Of a stretch of DNA of 64,000 nucleotides, positions 1-9,462 are shown one piece after another; within the stretch, counting starts at the first letter, position 1, and every line of letters begins with the position of its first letter. The stretch is from Candidatus Latescibacterota bacterium (GTDB lineage Bacteria > Latescibacterota > UBA2968 > UBA8231). Both the position numbers and the translations under genes were made by a program. The notes below the pieces were generated by a model. The model was given only the letters and a program-made list of their open reading frames with translations. It ran no database searches and was not told where the DNA came from. The stretch is from positions 2,190,699 to 2,254,698 of the forward strand of contig CBDFJF010000002.1 of the NCBI GenBank assembly GCA_965248265.1, given 5' to 3'.

Positions 1-523
1 CCGTGGCGGCGCCGATCGGCCCGACAAACCGAGGCCTGTCGCCGATCACTTCGAGAAGCGGCCTGTAGTGGCTGAAAACGGACTCCTCACCGCTCACCCA
101 GATGGCGAGCGTGCCCGCAGCGGCACCGTGCGGCCCGCCACTCACCGGCGCATCCAGCAAGTGGACGCCTCGTCGGGCGAAGACCCCGTGGATGCGGCGC
201 ACGACGGTAGGCGAATTCGTCGATAGATCGAACAGCACGCCACCCGCTTTCATCCCCGCAGTCATTTCATTGACAAGACCGTTCTCGCCCAGGGCGACGG
301 CTTCCACTTCAGCTGGTCCTGGCAGTGAAGTGAACACGACCTGAGCAGCCCTGGCTACCCCGGCCGGTGACTCACCCCAGACGGCGCCCGCCTCCAAATG
401 AGGATCGGCTGCAGCCCGGGACACATCGTGCACGACGAGGTGGTACCCCGCTCTCTGGAGATTGGCGGCCATCTGCCCGCCCATCGTCCCGAGGCCGATG
501 AATCCGACTCGCTCCTCCGCCAC
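1..523 (-). CDS. NAD(P)-dependent oxidoreductase, 3-hydroxyisobutyrate / beta-hydroxyacid dehydrogenase family (partial; C-terminus lies beyond window start)
   Basis: Minus-strand translation from GTG at 523-521 gives VAEERVGFIGLGTMGGQMAANLQRAGYHLVVHDV...LDAPVSGGPHGAAAGTLAIWVSGEE, i.e. Rossmann GxGxxG plus the HIBADH/6PGDH NAD-binding signature. It is absent from the ORF track because it runs off the window edge. Its start lies 4 nt after the stop of the upstream CMD gene, which suggests an operon. Confidence 0.65.
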   Translation of the reverse strand, partial: MAEERVGFIGLGTMGGQMAANLQRAGYHLVVHDVSRAAADPHLEAGAVWGESPAGVARAAQVVFTSLPGPAEVEAVALGENGLVNEMTAGMKAGGVLFDLSTNSPTVVRRIHGVFARRGVHLLDAPVSGGPHGAAAGTLAIWVSGEESVFSHYRPLLEVIGDRPRFVGPIGAAT

Positions 524-524
524 G

Positions 525-848
525 TCAGGCCTGCTCGGCGAAGACGTCGACGGCGACACCGGCGGCGGACATCCCCGAGGGCCAGCCCGAATAGAACGCG
601 AGGTGGGTCATCAATTCGCTCAGCTCGTCCTTCGTGACGCCATTCTCGAGCGCCCGGCCCAGATGTACCCGCAGCTGCTCGGGCCGGTCGAGGGCGACGA
701 GGGCGGCCACCGTGATCAGACTCCGGTCGCGCTTGGAAAGCTCCGGGCGTTCCCAGACGTCGCCGAAAAGCACATCTTCCGTGAGCTCGATGAGCTTCGG
801 CACCACCGGACGAAGGCGCTCGCGACCTGCTGTCGATGTCTTGGCCAT
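525..848 (-). CDS. carboxymuconolactone decarboxylase (CMD/AhpD-like) family protein
   Basis: ATG at 848 gives a 107-aa product MAKTSTAGRERLRPVVPKLIELTEDVLFGDVWERPELSKRDRSLITVAALVALDRPEQLRVHLGRALENGVTKDELSELMTHLAFYSGWPSG..., typical of the CMD family. The 381-aa track ORF 525..1670 is an in-frame upstream extension whose extra 270 residues have no protein-like character. Confidence 0.7.
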   Translation of the reverse strand: MAKTSTAGRERLRPVVPKLIELTEDVLFGDVWERPELSKRDRSLITVAALVALDRPEQLRVHLGRALENGVTKDELSELMTHLAFYSGWPSGMSAAGVAVDVFAEQA

Positions 849-1055
849 CAGTCTCTCCCGTTTCCAGTTTCGTGAATGATCGTGCGCTGGTTTGCAGCAC
901 GAAAGGAGGCCGCTGGCGCGGCTCCTGTCAACGACGAAGAGCTCGACGATCAGGCTCTGCCCGGTGGCTCCAGCCCCTTGACAAACTACCGGTAAAAAAG
1001 TCCCTTTTCGTCTCTGTCCGTTATCCTTCCTAACCAAACGGAGCGAAACTGTGCA

Positions 1056-1562
1056 ATGAGCTTCCGATCGATTGACCATTTCGGTATCTCGGTGGAGAGC
1101 CTCGACCGCTCGATCCCCTGGTGGACGCGATTTCTCCAGAGCGAGCCGTTCCAGCGCGGCACATGGACGGCGTCCGAGCTGGACGATTACGTCGGCCGGG
1201 TACTGGCGTATCCCGAATGCGACATGTCGGCCGCGTTTTGGGCCTTGCCGGGGGGATCCGTCCTGGAGCTCATCGAGTACCACAACCCGCCCCCAGGACG
1301 CGTCGACATGGAGACGAACAACGTCGGCAACAGTCACCTGTGCCTGGAGACGGAGGACATGCGAGCTGAATACGAGCGCCTGCGCGATTTCGTGGAATTC
1401 CGCAGCCCGGAGCCAGTCGAAAGTGTGTGGGGGCCTTACAAGGGCACCCTTGTGTGCTACCTGCGAGATCCGGACGGCATCTCGATCGAGCTGGTACAGT
1501 TTCCGAAGATCGGACGGCCCTTCCAGGAATCCAGTCCGTTTTCGAGTCCTTATGTGAGGTAA
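1056..1562 (+). CDS. VOC family protein (glyoxalase/bleomycin-resistance/dioxygenase fold)
   Basis: 168-aa ORF MSFRSIDHFGISVESLDRSIPWWTRFL...HLCLETEDMRAEYERLRDF..DPDGISIELVQF shows paired beta-alpha-beta-beta-beta VOC modules. A 507-nt alternate-frame ORF over the same span (1072..1557) is rejected. Confidence 0.7.
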   Translation: MSFRSIDHFGISVESLDRSIPWWTRFLQSEPFQRGTWTASELDDYVGRVLAYPECDMSAAFWALPGGSVLELIEYHNPPPGRVDMETNNVGNSHLCLETEDMRAEYERLRDFVEFRSPEPVESVWGPYKGTLVCYLRDPDGISIELVQFPKIGRPFQESSPFSSPYVR

Positions 1563-1597
1563 GGGAAACCGGCGTGGCTTCTTGGGATCTGGAGGCG

Positions 1598-2671
1598 TCA
1601 AGGCAGTCGAGGCAGCACTTCCTCTTTCAGCAATTTCATCGAATGGAGTGACGGTTCCCTTGGCTCCCACTCGTGCCCCATCGCCAGCAGGACCCCGAAA
1701 CCACCGACCTCTTCGTAGATGTCCTGTATCTTCTGGACGACGTCGTCGGGGCTGCCGACAATCCAGACGTTTTCTAGCAGGTACTCCAATGTGACATCGG
1801 AATCCGGCATGTCTGGATCGGTCTTCATCAGGTCGAGCATCTTGACCTTGGGCAACAGATGTAGGAAGTAGTCGCGGTAGTCTCGGGCAAGCGTGCCACT
1901 CAGCGCCAGTTGCCGCGCTTCTTCAGTCGTGTCTGCGACCACCACCTCGCGGGCGATGCGCCATTGGGACCTGTCGGCGGCGATACCGGCCTCCTCAGCC
2001 CCCTCTTCAACCGCTGCCCAGTGCGTTTCGAGCACCCGCGTCGGCACGATGTTGATGCTCATCGGAATCCAGCCGCGCGCACCGGCCGTCACCAGCGTTC
2101 CCGACTTTACGGTCACGCCCGCTACGCCAATCGGCGGATGCGGCTTCTGGTACGGTTCCAGATGGAAACGCAGCCCGATTTCGTCGTCTTCCTCGGGGAC
2201 CCAGAACTTCCAGAACTTGTGCTCGTACAGACCCGGACTCGGATCGCGCCACAGTTTGAGCACCAGTTCGATGGCGTCAGCTGTCATCCCTCGCTGTTCA
2301 CCCGTCTTCGGGTCGAACCCGAAGACCTCGAAGTCCCCGGGGAAACCGCCCGAGCCGACGCCCCAGTAGAAGCGCCCGTGGCACATGTGGTCCAATTGTG
2401 CAATCCGACTGGCAATGACAAACGGATTGTGATTCGGCATGCAGGTGACGCCGGTGCCGAGCACGATGTCGCTTGTCTGGTTGATCGCGCTGGCGATCAG
2501 CAGGTCCGGGGCGGGGATATTCTCCCAAGCAGCGGTAAAGTGCTCTCCGATCCAGGCCTCTTTGAATCCGAGATCATCGAGTATGATGATCTGCTCGAGA
2601 TCGTCGTCCAGCCCCTTTGTGTAGTCCGCTCCGGGAGGATGGAGCGGCATGGTAAAGAATCCGAGTTCCAT
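1598..2671 (-). CDS. LLM-class (luciferase-like) flavin-dependent oxidoreductase
   Basis: 357 aa: MELGFFTMPLHPPGADYTKGLDDDLEQIIILDDLGFKEAWIGEHF...VLGTGVTCMPNHNPFVIASRIAQLDHMCHGRFYWGVGSGG, the classic LLM TIM-barrel motifs. Confidence 0.8.
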   Translation of the reverse strand: MELGFFTMPLHPPGADYTKGLDDDLEQIIILDDLGFKEAWIGEHFTAAWENIPAPDLLIASAINQTSDIVLGTGVTCMPNHNPFVIASRIAQLDHMCHGRFYWGVGSGGFPGDFEVFGFDPKTGEQRGMTADAIELVLKLWRDPSPGLYEHKFWKFWVPEEDDEIGLRFHLEPYQKPHPPIGVAGVTVKSGTLVTAGARGWIPMSINIVPTRVLETHWAAVEEGAEEAGIAADRSQWRIAREVVVADTTEEARQLALSGTLARDYRDYFLHLLPKVKMLDLMKTDPDMPDSDVTLEYLLENVWIVGSPDDVVQKIQDIYEEVGGFGVLLAMGHEWEPREPSLHSMKLLKEEVLPRLP

Positions 2672-2746
2672 GAGTTTACTCCTCGCGCGTACGCACCAAG
2701 CTAGTACCTACATTGGACCGCCACAAGCTGCAAAGCCGCAGTGCGG

Positions 2747-5700
2747 CTAATCGGCGTCGATCTCCATCGAGACCCGGTGGTACGGCACGAGTCGAACCGG
2801 CCCGACCAGGCCGTTGAGATCAATGGCGCCCATGTAGGGCGGTGCGTACCAGCCGCGCCACCCGTAGTGCCACAGGTCGAACCGCCCTTCGACCATGCGC
2901 TCAACACTGGCCTCGGCTCGCCGGTTGGCGTCGGAGTTGGTAACCGCGATCCTCAACCGGTTTGTCCCGGGACGGATCTGCGCGGACACATCCAGCTCGA
3001 AAGGGGCCCACAGTCGGGTGGCCACGAGCTCGCCGTTGAGCCAGACCTCAGCGGTGAGACCCACCGAGCCGAGATCGAGCATGACGTTGCGGCCGGCCAA
3101 TCCCGGGTAGAGGTCGAACTCCGTTTCGTAGACCACCTCCCCGGAGTAGTGCGTCAGACCGGTCCAGGTCCAATTGCCGAGCCGGTATTCGGTAGTACCG
3201 CTCTCGAAGATGAGGTAGTCGACGAGGTCCTGATCGGCCGGCATGCACAGGGCGACGCAGTTCGGTCGCTCGAAGTCGAGTTGACCAAAGCTCACCCGCC
3301 TCCTCCCCACATCGGCCTCCGCGAGATTCCCGTTTACGTAGACTCGCAGGTCTTGTGGTTTTTCGGGCACCACGAAGGACGTGGTCCCCGGCGGGATGTC
3401 GACGCGATACCACCGTTCCCTGCCGCCCGGGCGCGTGAAGCATCCCTCGCGGATCTCGGCGGGCGGAAAGGGTGGGAGAAAACGCATTCTCTCGCGCGGG
3501 ACTCCCCGCTGGCGCCTTTGCAACAGCTCTCGTGGGTCGCCCGGGCGCTCTGCGCTGATCAGTCCGGGAGCCGGGAAGCCCTCTCTATTCGTGAACCGGA
3601 AGACGAACTGGGAATTGAAGGCAGGAAAGGAGCTCTCGATTTTCAACAGAATTTCGTTCCACCCCTCGTCGAGCCGGACCGACAGCCGTTCGGCAAAGCC
3701 GTCGGTCATCTTGACGAACCCGATCTGGCCGTAGAAACGATACACCTGCTTGCCGTTGACCCAGATCTTGCCATTGCCGAGCTCGAACCGCGCCTGGACC
3801 TCCTGGGCCTGCGGCGAATAGACATACGTCGCCGCGTAGGCGACACCGGGTTGGCCTACGTAGTCGAGAATCTCCCCCACGTTCAACCATGGGTTGCGGC
3901 CGTGCACGTACTGCCACAGCAGCGTCGCGCCGCCGTCCGCACGACAGGGTCGATCCGGATCGAAGTCCTGTTCCGGTGGATAGACCGTGTCGAAGCCGCG
4001 GCCGTTGTCGCTGCGAAAAGGGCCGATGATCCACCAGTTCCGCACCGTGAGGCGCTCCCGCGACAGCCAGGTGAGCGGCCAGGCGCGGTGGTTGTAGGCC
4101 GCGTCGGCAAAACCGGCTGCCACTCCGCGTCCCTCCGCCTCGACCATCTCTGCCGCGTAGCGAATTTCCACCCGCGGCGCCGACGGCGTGAAGCTCCAGC
4201 CCGTGGCCGGAAGCTCTTGAATCGGCGGCTCCTCAATCGGTTTCTCCTGGTTGAACGCTTTGCCGCGCCAGCTGCCCCGGACGAATGCGGTGGTGGCAGT
4301 GCTGATCCGGCCCTCGATCCGTGGACGGTCCCCGCTCACCGTCAGCGAGCAGCACTCGAGATTGGTCTCCTCCAAACGGATCGGTCGGTCTTCTGTGGCA
4401 TGCTGAAACACCACGGCGAATCCGTCCCACGGTGCAAACTCCAGGTGGAGGATGGTCCGGCCATCTTCGACCCAGTACAGGGGCTCGCGTCGCTCCCCTG
4501 ATTCTGCATCCCAGATCTCCGGTGTGCCGAGGGCATCAAACGCGGCCCTGATCGAACGGGCATGGCCAGTGTCGCTGGCCAGCCAGTAGATATCCCGGCC
4601 CTCCTTTACTCGGTGACTGTAGAACAGGTGCTCCGACGGCCCCTTCACGACCGCGAAATCCGCCGGCAGAGTCTGCTCGATATGCCTGACAACTTTCTCG
4701 CGTCCTCCGGCGACAAACCAGGCCCTACCGCCGCCGGCATGCTCGATCGCCGCGTCCTCACCGTGATCGGGCGGCACGCCGAAGATCGCTTCCACGTGGT
4801 CACGTATCTCCGGATCGTTCCAGCCCTCGTCCGAGGAGCCGCGAGGCAGAACACCGTACGCGATGACCGCACCGCCCCCTTCACAGAATCGGCGGATCGT
4901 CTGCATCGATCGGCGGCTGATGATGCTCATCCGCGGCAGCACGACGATCTTGAAGCGGCTCTCGGCGATCTCTAATTCACCGGAGGCGATGGTCGAACGA
5001 GACAGATAGTGTTCGTCCGCAACCTCGAAGTCGCGCTGGGATTCGACCAGGAGCCTCATCAGCGCTTCGTAGTCGGTTTCCACCAGTTGCACGAAGTTAC
5101 TGCCCCGGTCCTGTTCGACGAGTACGGCGTCGACACCGGCGAACTCACCGGATCCTTCGAAGGCGGAGCTCGGCGCACTCACCGCGGCCGCTAGAGGCTT
5201 GAGTAGCAGAATCGGCGCCACGGATGTCCCCGCATCGTTCAAGAAGCCGATCCGCTGCATCAGGTCACCGTACTGATGGAAGAACTTCCAGTGCGGTTGC
5301 TCGGGTCCCCACATCGGATTTCCGTCCAGCATGTTGTAGCGGTCATAGGAGAGCATGGCCGTCTGAAAGGTGACGCCCCATGCGCCCAGCACATTGCCGC
5401 CCGCCCGCATTTTCTGAGGGCTGATAAACGACTCGACGCCCTCCAGCAGTTGGGCCTCGACCCACAACGGCTTGCCTTCGAAGTGGGCGATCGAGGCGAC
5501 TTCCTTGAAACCGCGCGGGCTGTGATGCCAGGAGAACAGGTCCTCCATGAACGGGTAGGTCATCGCCCGCTGCGACGCCATGAAGTCCCCGGCGCGTGTT
5601 GACTCCAGAACCAGGTTGTCCCCCCACGACTGCTGGATCGTCTCGATGCCGTGGCTCTCACACCAATCGGCAATCAGCTGCCAGTAGTTCTCGACGAACA

Positions 5701-6523
5701 GCTCGCTCACGATGCGGAAATAGTCGTTGCGGATCTTCGGCGTGACGGCGCCGCCCTCGTGCATCAAAAGCGGCAGGACCGGCCGCAAATCGTAGCCGCA
5801 CCGCTTGTGAAAAGTCTCGAAGAAGAGTGGGCTCCACGCGATCGGTCCGCCGAAGCTGCCTTCCGAATCGAGCAGGGCGTACTTGAAGGTCGTGCCCGCA
5901 TGGTCGGGAAAGCGACGGACCAGCTCCCCCAGGGTAAGATCGATATAGCGGCGGGTCGCATCCGGATTGAGCGGATCGACCCGCATGTTGATGGGGCCCA
6001 GATAATCGATGGGATGGTAGAAGCTGAGGAGCCACTCGCCCTCCCCCAGCTCGGTTGCGAAGTCTTCACCCTCGAGCGCCGACGACAAGTCCTGCAGGCT
6101 CTCAGCATCGAGCTCGCCGTTTGCCCTCACCCGCCCCGCGACGGCTATGACGCAGGAGTCCGGCAGCCCCCGAATCAACGCCCGGCCCGGTCCGCTGAAT
6201 CGTCGCTCGATCAGTTGCAGACGCTGGAGCCGGTATTCCGGATGGCCTTCCAGCACCCGGCTCGGATCCGGTGGGTCCATGCGTACATCCCGGGCATCTC
6301 CCTGAGGATGGAAGAAGTCGGGCACCATGCCGAGAGCCACGTCTGTGCGCCTGGCGTGATCGAGAAAGATGGCCCACAACTCCCACCATTCCTCGCTCAG
6401 GAAGTGAGGACGCATTCCGTGGGCGGGATAGACGATGACGGTGCCGATGCCCTGTTGGCGGAAGTCGTCGAGCTGCCGTTTGCCTTCGTCTGCTTCGATC
6501 GTCGTCGACCACCACCATAACAT
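2747..6523 (-). CDS. large multidomain putative glycoside hydrolase (GH2-like sugar-binding beta-sandwich at C-terminus; central GATase/trimerisation-like segment)
   Basis: The track gives a 1,281-aa ORF to 6592; I prefer the internal start MLWWW at ~6523, because the 5' 70 nt overlap a repeat shared with other loci. The C-terminal part (...HYSGEVVYETEFDLYPGLAGRNVMLDLGSVGLTAEVWLNGELVATRLWAPFELDVSAQIRPGTNRLRIAVTNS) resembles the GH2 N-terminal sugar-binding/jelly-roll domain. The central segment (KIVVLPRMSIISRRSMQTIRRFCEGGGAVIAYG) resembles the GH42-type trimerisation/GATase-like domain. No signal peptide is seen. The exact CAZy family cannot be assigned by eye. Confidence 0.5.
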   Translation of the reverse strand: MLWWWSTTIEADEGKRQLDDFRQQGIGTVIVYPAHGMRPHFLSEEWWELWAIFLDHARRTDVALGMVPDFFHPQGDARDVRMDPPDPSRVLEGHPEYRLQRLQLIERRFSGPGRALIRGLPDSCVIAVAGRVRANGELDAESLQDLSSALEGEDFATELGEGEWLLSFYHPIDYLGPINMRVDPLNPDATRRYIDLTLGELVRRFPDHAGTTFKYALLDSEGSFGGPIAWSPLFFETFHKRCGYDLRPVLPLLMHEGGAVTPKIRNDYFRIVSELFVENYWQLIADWCESHGIETIQQSWGDNLVLESTRAGDFMASQRAMTYPFMEDLFSWHHSPRGFKEVASIAHFEGKPLWVEAQLLEGVESFISPQKMRAGGNVLGAWGVTFQTAMLSYDRYNMLDGNPMWGPEQPHWKFFHQYGDLMQRIGFLNDAGTSVAPILLLKPLAAAVSAPSSAFEGSGEFAGVDAVLVEQDRGSNFVQLVETDYEALMRLLVESQRDFEVADEHYLSRSTIASGELEIAESRFKIVVLPRMSIISRRSMQTIRRFCEGGGAVIAYGVLPRGSSDEGWNDPEIRDHVEAIFGVPPDHGEDAAIEHAGGGRAWFVAGGREKVVRHIEQTLPADFAVVKGPSEHLFYSHRVKEGRDIYWLASDTGHARSIRAAFDALGTPEIWDAESGERREPLYWVEDGRTILHLEFAPWDGFAVVFQHATEDRPIRLEETNLECCSLTVSGDRPRIEGRISTATTAFVRGSWRGKAFNQEKPIEEPPIQELPATGWSFTPSAPRVEIRYAAEMVEAEGRGVAAGFADAAYNHRAWPLTWLSRERLTVRNWWIIGPFRSDNGRGFDTVYPPEQDFDPDRPCRADGGATLLWQYVHGRNPWLNVGEILDYVGQPGVAYAATYVYSPQAQEVQARFELGNGKIWVNGKQVYRFYGQIGFVKMTDGFAERLSVRLDEGWNEILLKIESSFPAFNSQFVFRFTNREGFPAPGLISAERPGDPRELLQRRQRGVPRERMRFLPPFPPAEIREGCFTRPGGRERWYRVDIPPGTTSFVVPEKPQDLRVYVNGNLAEADVGRRRVSFGQLDFERPNCVALCMPADQDLVDYLIFESGTTEYRLGNWTWTGLTHYSGEVVYETEFDLYPGLAGRNVMLDLGSVGLTAEVWLNGELVATRLWAPFELDVSAQIRPGTNRLRIAVTNSDANRRAEASVERMVEGRFDLWHYGWRGWYAPPYMGAIDLNGLVGPVRLVPYHRVSMEIDAD

Positions 6524-6571
6524 GCTCGGCCGGTACCTTTGTGGCGGCGATCGAAACGAATCAAAGAGCTT

Positions 6572-6648
6572 GTCGCTGCTTTGCACGATCAATGCTTGCG
6601 CTGTGCTCGTCGGGAAGACTCGGGTAGTCGAGCCGGCAGGTCACTTAG
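6572..6648. repeat. Repeat family R1, copy 1 (~77 nt core)
   Basis: tcgctgctttgcacgatcaatgcttgcgctgtgctcgtcgggaagactcgggtagtcgagccggcaggtc is ~85% identical to 13757-13830, and its core gggaaga.tc.ggtagt.cgagcc.gc.gg recurs at 28365-28412. In the other two copies this sequence lies immediately 3' of heparinase-like coding sequence. Confidence 0.6.
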
Positions 6649-6833
6649 GGAAATCTGTCGTGTCCAGACAGACCGCGAACTCGCCCTCTGCGTCGGCGTA
6701 CATCGCTCGGCGGACACGCCGTTGCGATCAGGACCGAGCCATTGCGGCCAGTCAGCTGCCGGCGTGTGCGCAGCACCGAAGAGAATGGCCGCACAAACGG
6801 CGAGAATGGCTCTTTTTTGTACACGAAGATAGT
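6640..6833 (-). pseudogene. N-terminal remnant of a secreted PQQ-like beta-propeller protein (signal peptide + DWPQWLGPDRNGVS motif), truncated
   Basis: Minus-strand frame after a TAG: ...LRVQKRAILAVCAAILFGAAHTPAADWPQWLGPDRNGVSAERC... The hydrophobic signal peptide followed by the hallmark D-W-P-x-(F/W)-x-G-x-x-x-R-T/N-G-x-S opening of PQQ-repeat/BamB-like propellers is clear. No start codon is present, and the frame decays after ~45 codons into the R1 repeat and then the start of the 1,281-aa gene. Confidence 0.4.
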
Positions 6834-7037
6834 GGTTCTATGAGAGCGATTGTCAAGAGCAGACTTCGCCCTTTTTGATGACCCAGCCGTTTTTTTTGGG
6901 CAATCAGCCCTGACTTCTTACCCGAGAGTCCCGTTTATTGCAATTCCCCACTCCGTGCAGTATGGTTTCGTCGTGAAATCTGGAGGTTTCCAGATGATCG
7001 TTGATAAGCCTAAACGTGCACACGAGGAGGGTCTTAC

Positions 7038-7922
7038 GTGGGTGAGAGTATCTACCTGAAGTGGCCGGCATGCGGCGCCTTTGAGATCAAACTCGGCGAT
7101 GTCAACGTCGCCGTGGACCCGTACCTGTTCGGTCCAGCCCTGGAGGCGGCCGAGCCCATCTTCGACTACATCTTCATCAGCCACGAACACTTCGATCACT
7201 GCCATCCCAAAACGCTCTTGAAACTGTGCCGCGGCGACCGCTTCAAGAAGCTGTTCGTCAACATCGGCTGTCTGACCCCCAACGAGCCGGTCGACGAGAA
7301 CTACGGTGACGCCGCTTTCGCCCGCGACCTGCCGATCACCAAGCACATCCCCGCCGACAAGGTGCAGGCCATCTACCCGAAGTACTGCGACGACGACGAT
7401 CGCAGCTGGCCCGGGCCGTTTGAGGTCGACCTGGGACCCATCCACGTCGAAGCGATAGAGAGCGGCGAGCAGGCGAGCCCCGATCTGGTTACCTGTGGCT
7501 ATCTGATCACCCACAAAGAGAAGGGGATTTCATTCTACCACACCGGCGATCTCCACAAGTCCTTTCCCTCGATGGAGAAGCTGCGGGGACGGGTCGACTT
7601 CCTCATCCACATGAAGACTTACGACCGGCGGCCCGGTGAGTTTGCCCGCTGGCTCGAGATGATACAACCTCGCTGCCTGATCCCGACTCACTATAGAACT
7701 GACAGAGAAAGCGAGCCGGTCCCGGCCGGACATTGGCCGCCGAACCTCACCGATGTGAACGCCTATCTTGAAGATTTGCGACAGCACCTGCCTGATGGTG
7801 TACGTCTGTTGCCGTTTACTGCTGGAGTCGAGTACGAAATCGAACTACCCGGAATGCAGGTAAGGTGGAATTGGGAGTGGTACAATTCCTGGACCGTACC
7901 GCTGTGGCGTGAGGAGGACTAA
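7038..7922 (+). CDS. MBL-fold metallo-hydrolase
   Basis: 294 aa with the HxHxDH motif (ISHEHFDHCHP). GTG start preceded by GAGGAGG. 14-nt overlap with the next ORF in the track. Confidence 0.75.
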   Translation: MGESIYLKWPACGAFEIKLGDVNVAVDPYLFGPALEAAEPIFDYIFISHEHFDHCHPKTLLKLCRGDRFKKLFVNIGCLTPNEPVDENYGDAAFARDLPITKHIPADKVQAIYPKYCDDDDRSWPGPFEVDLGPIHVEAIESGEQASPDLVTCGYLITHKEKGISFYHTGDLHKSFPSMEKLRGRVDFLIHMKTYDRRPGEFARWLEMIQPRCLIPTHYRTDRESEPVPAGHWPPNLTDVNAYLEDLRQHLPDGVRLLPFTAGVEYEIELPGMQVRWNWEWYNSWTVPLWREED

Positions 7923-7974
7923 GACCTCTGATTGGCGGGAAGTGCCTGCGGTTCAGAGGGAAAGAGATGGTGAA

Positions 7975-9351
7975 ATGATGAAAACTGAACAAACTCTTCT
8001 GTCTTCGCGCGGATGCCAAACTGCGACGTTCGGAACGGGCAACAAGATCATCACTCACGGGGGAAAGAGGCACGTAGCATGGCTGGATTCTACTGAAGAA
8101 GGCTACTTTGCCAGGATTCGGACGTTGGATCAAAAGAGCGGCGAGTGGTCCGAGACGTACACTTTGGGAGAAGCGAGTGACGATCACGGTCGTCCGGCGC
8201 TGACGATGGATAGCAAGGGGTATCTGCATGCGGTTTATGGGATACACTGGGATGAAGTTCCGTACCGGCGGTCGGTGAGACCGAATGACGCCTCTGAATG
8301 GACGGAGCCGGTCATCTTTGGTGTGGATATGACCTACCCTTCGTTTCTCTGCGGATTTGATGACACACTGTATCTGACGGGGCGTTCGAAGTGGGGAGGG
8401 GAGAGGATGTTTGCCAAGCCGGAGGGAAAGGGATGGGAGGATCGGGGGCTAATCATCCGGACGAGAGACGACTGCTTCAGCTATGTGGGTTTTCAGACAG
8501 GACTGGTGTGGGGGCCGGATCATCGCACGCTGCATCTGGCCTGTGAGACGTACCAGAGCAAGACCGAGCAGACGAACCTTTGGGGCACAATACAGTCGGC
8601 CAACTACATGGTTTCGAGGGATCTTGGGAAGAGCTGGGAGGGTGCGGACGGCAGGTCGATCGAGACGCCGGCGACTTCCGAGACCATGGATGTGCTTGCT
8701 GCAGGTGAGAGTTGCTATCCGAAGCCGGGGATACGGAACTCTGGAGCGATTGTAGTCGACTCTGAGGGGAAGCCGTATGTCCTGTACATGCGCTACAACA
8801 TGCCGTCGCAGCCGGGGCAGGTATTTCTCGTAACGCCTGATGAGGGAGGTGTGTGGCGGCAGCTGCCGATACAGGCTGCGATGGATGAGTGCTGGCCTGG
8901 AAAAGCCGTGGTAGACATTCGTGCCGGTTTCAGCATCACCGATGACGATGTGATATGTGTTGCGATGACGGTCATTCCGCGTGAGCATGGGGTGGCGGAA
9001 GAAGAGAAAGCGTCATGGGAGGCGGGCACGGGCTATTCCACGAATGCAGAAAATGCCCGGTATAGCTTCGAGTCGGCCGGCGTCTGGGACAGAGAGTTTC
9101 CGAATAAGCGAGAGATCGCCTGGTTGGAGTCGCATGACAGAGGAAGGACATTCGAAGCCAGAAGTGTGATCGAGCCAGATCCGGAAGCATTACAGAATCA
9201 GCCGAGTCTGGAAAGGCCTACGGGTTTCAACCGGATTCCTGCCGGCAGTTATCCCGGTCTCATTTATTTTCTCGGGGAGCGTAGAAACCCGCGCGAAAAC
9301 GAGGTCATCGACAACGACGTTTTTTGGGTCGATGTAGGGGCGGTGCGCTAA
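7975..9351 (+). CDS. BNR (Asp-box) repeat glycosidase, exo-alpha-sialidase (GH33)-like
   Basis: Asp-box motifs SRDLGKSW and SHDRGRTF plus a degenerate TPDEGGVW; beta-propeller-like sequence. ATG at 7975 (ATGATG) chosen over the track start 7909. Confidence 0.6.
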   Translation: MMKTEQTLLSSRGCQTATFGTGNKIITHGGKRHVAWLDSTEEGYFARIRTLDQKSGEWSETYTLGEASDDHGRPALTMDSKGYLHAVYGIHWDEVPYRRSVRPNDASEWTEPVIFGVDMTYPSFLCGFDDTLYLTGRSKWGGERMFAKPEGKGWEDRGLIIRTRDDCFSYVGFQTGLVWGPDHRTLHLACETYQSKTEQTNLWGTIQSANYMVSRDLGKSWEGADGRSIETPATSETMDVLAAGESCYPKPGIRNSGAIVVDSEGKPYVLYMRYNMPSQPGQVFLVTPDEGGVWRQLPIQAAMDECWPGKAVVDIRAGFSITDDDVICVAMTVIPREHGVAEEEKASWEAGTGYSTNAENARYSFESAGVWDREFPNKREIAWLESHDRGRTFEARSVIEPDPEALQNQPSLERPTGFNRIPAGSYPGLIYFLGERRNPRENEVIDNDVFWVDVGAVR

Positions 9352-9462
9352 CCGAGCCGCAGCACTCACCCATGACCTCCGAATACGGCTTCTTCGTCGA
9401 CAGCCTCGTCGCGGGGCTTCCTGCAAACGCTGCGGTGCGGACAATACAAGGGAGGATACAGA

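Noticed and set aside
525-1670. 381-aa track ORF as a single gene
   Set aside because: Only the last 107 residues (from the ATG at 848) look like a protein (CMD family). The upstream 270 residues are low-complexity and overlap the VOC gene on the other strand.
2741-4501. 586-aa antisense ORF inside the 1,281-aa gene, and similar long alternate-frame ORFs (21398..23059, 31647..32720, 355..900, 1910..2704, 18866..19312)
   Set aside because: They are Pro/Arg/Gly/Ala-rich, which is typical of stop-poor frames in >60% GC DNA, and they overlap well-supported genes on the opposite strand or frame.
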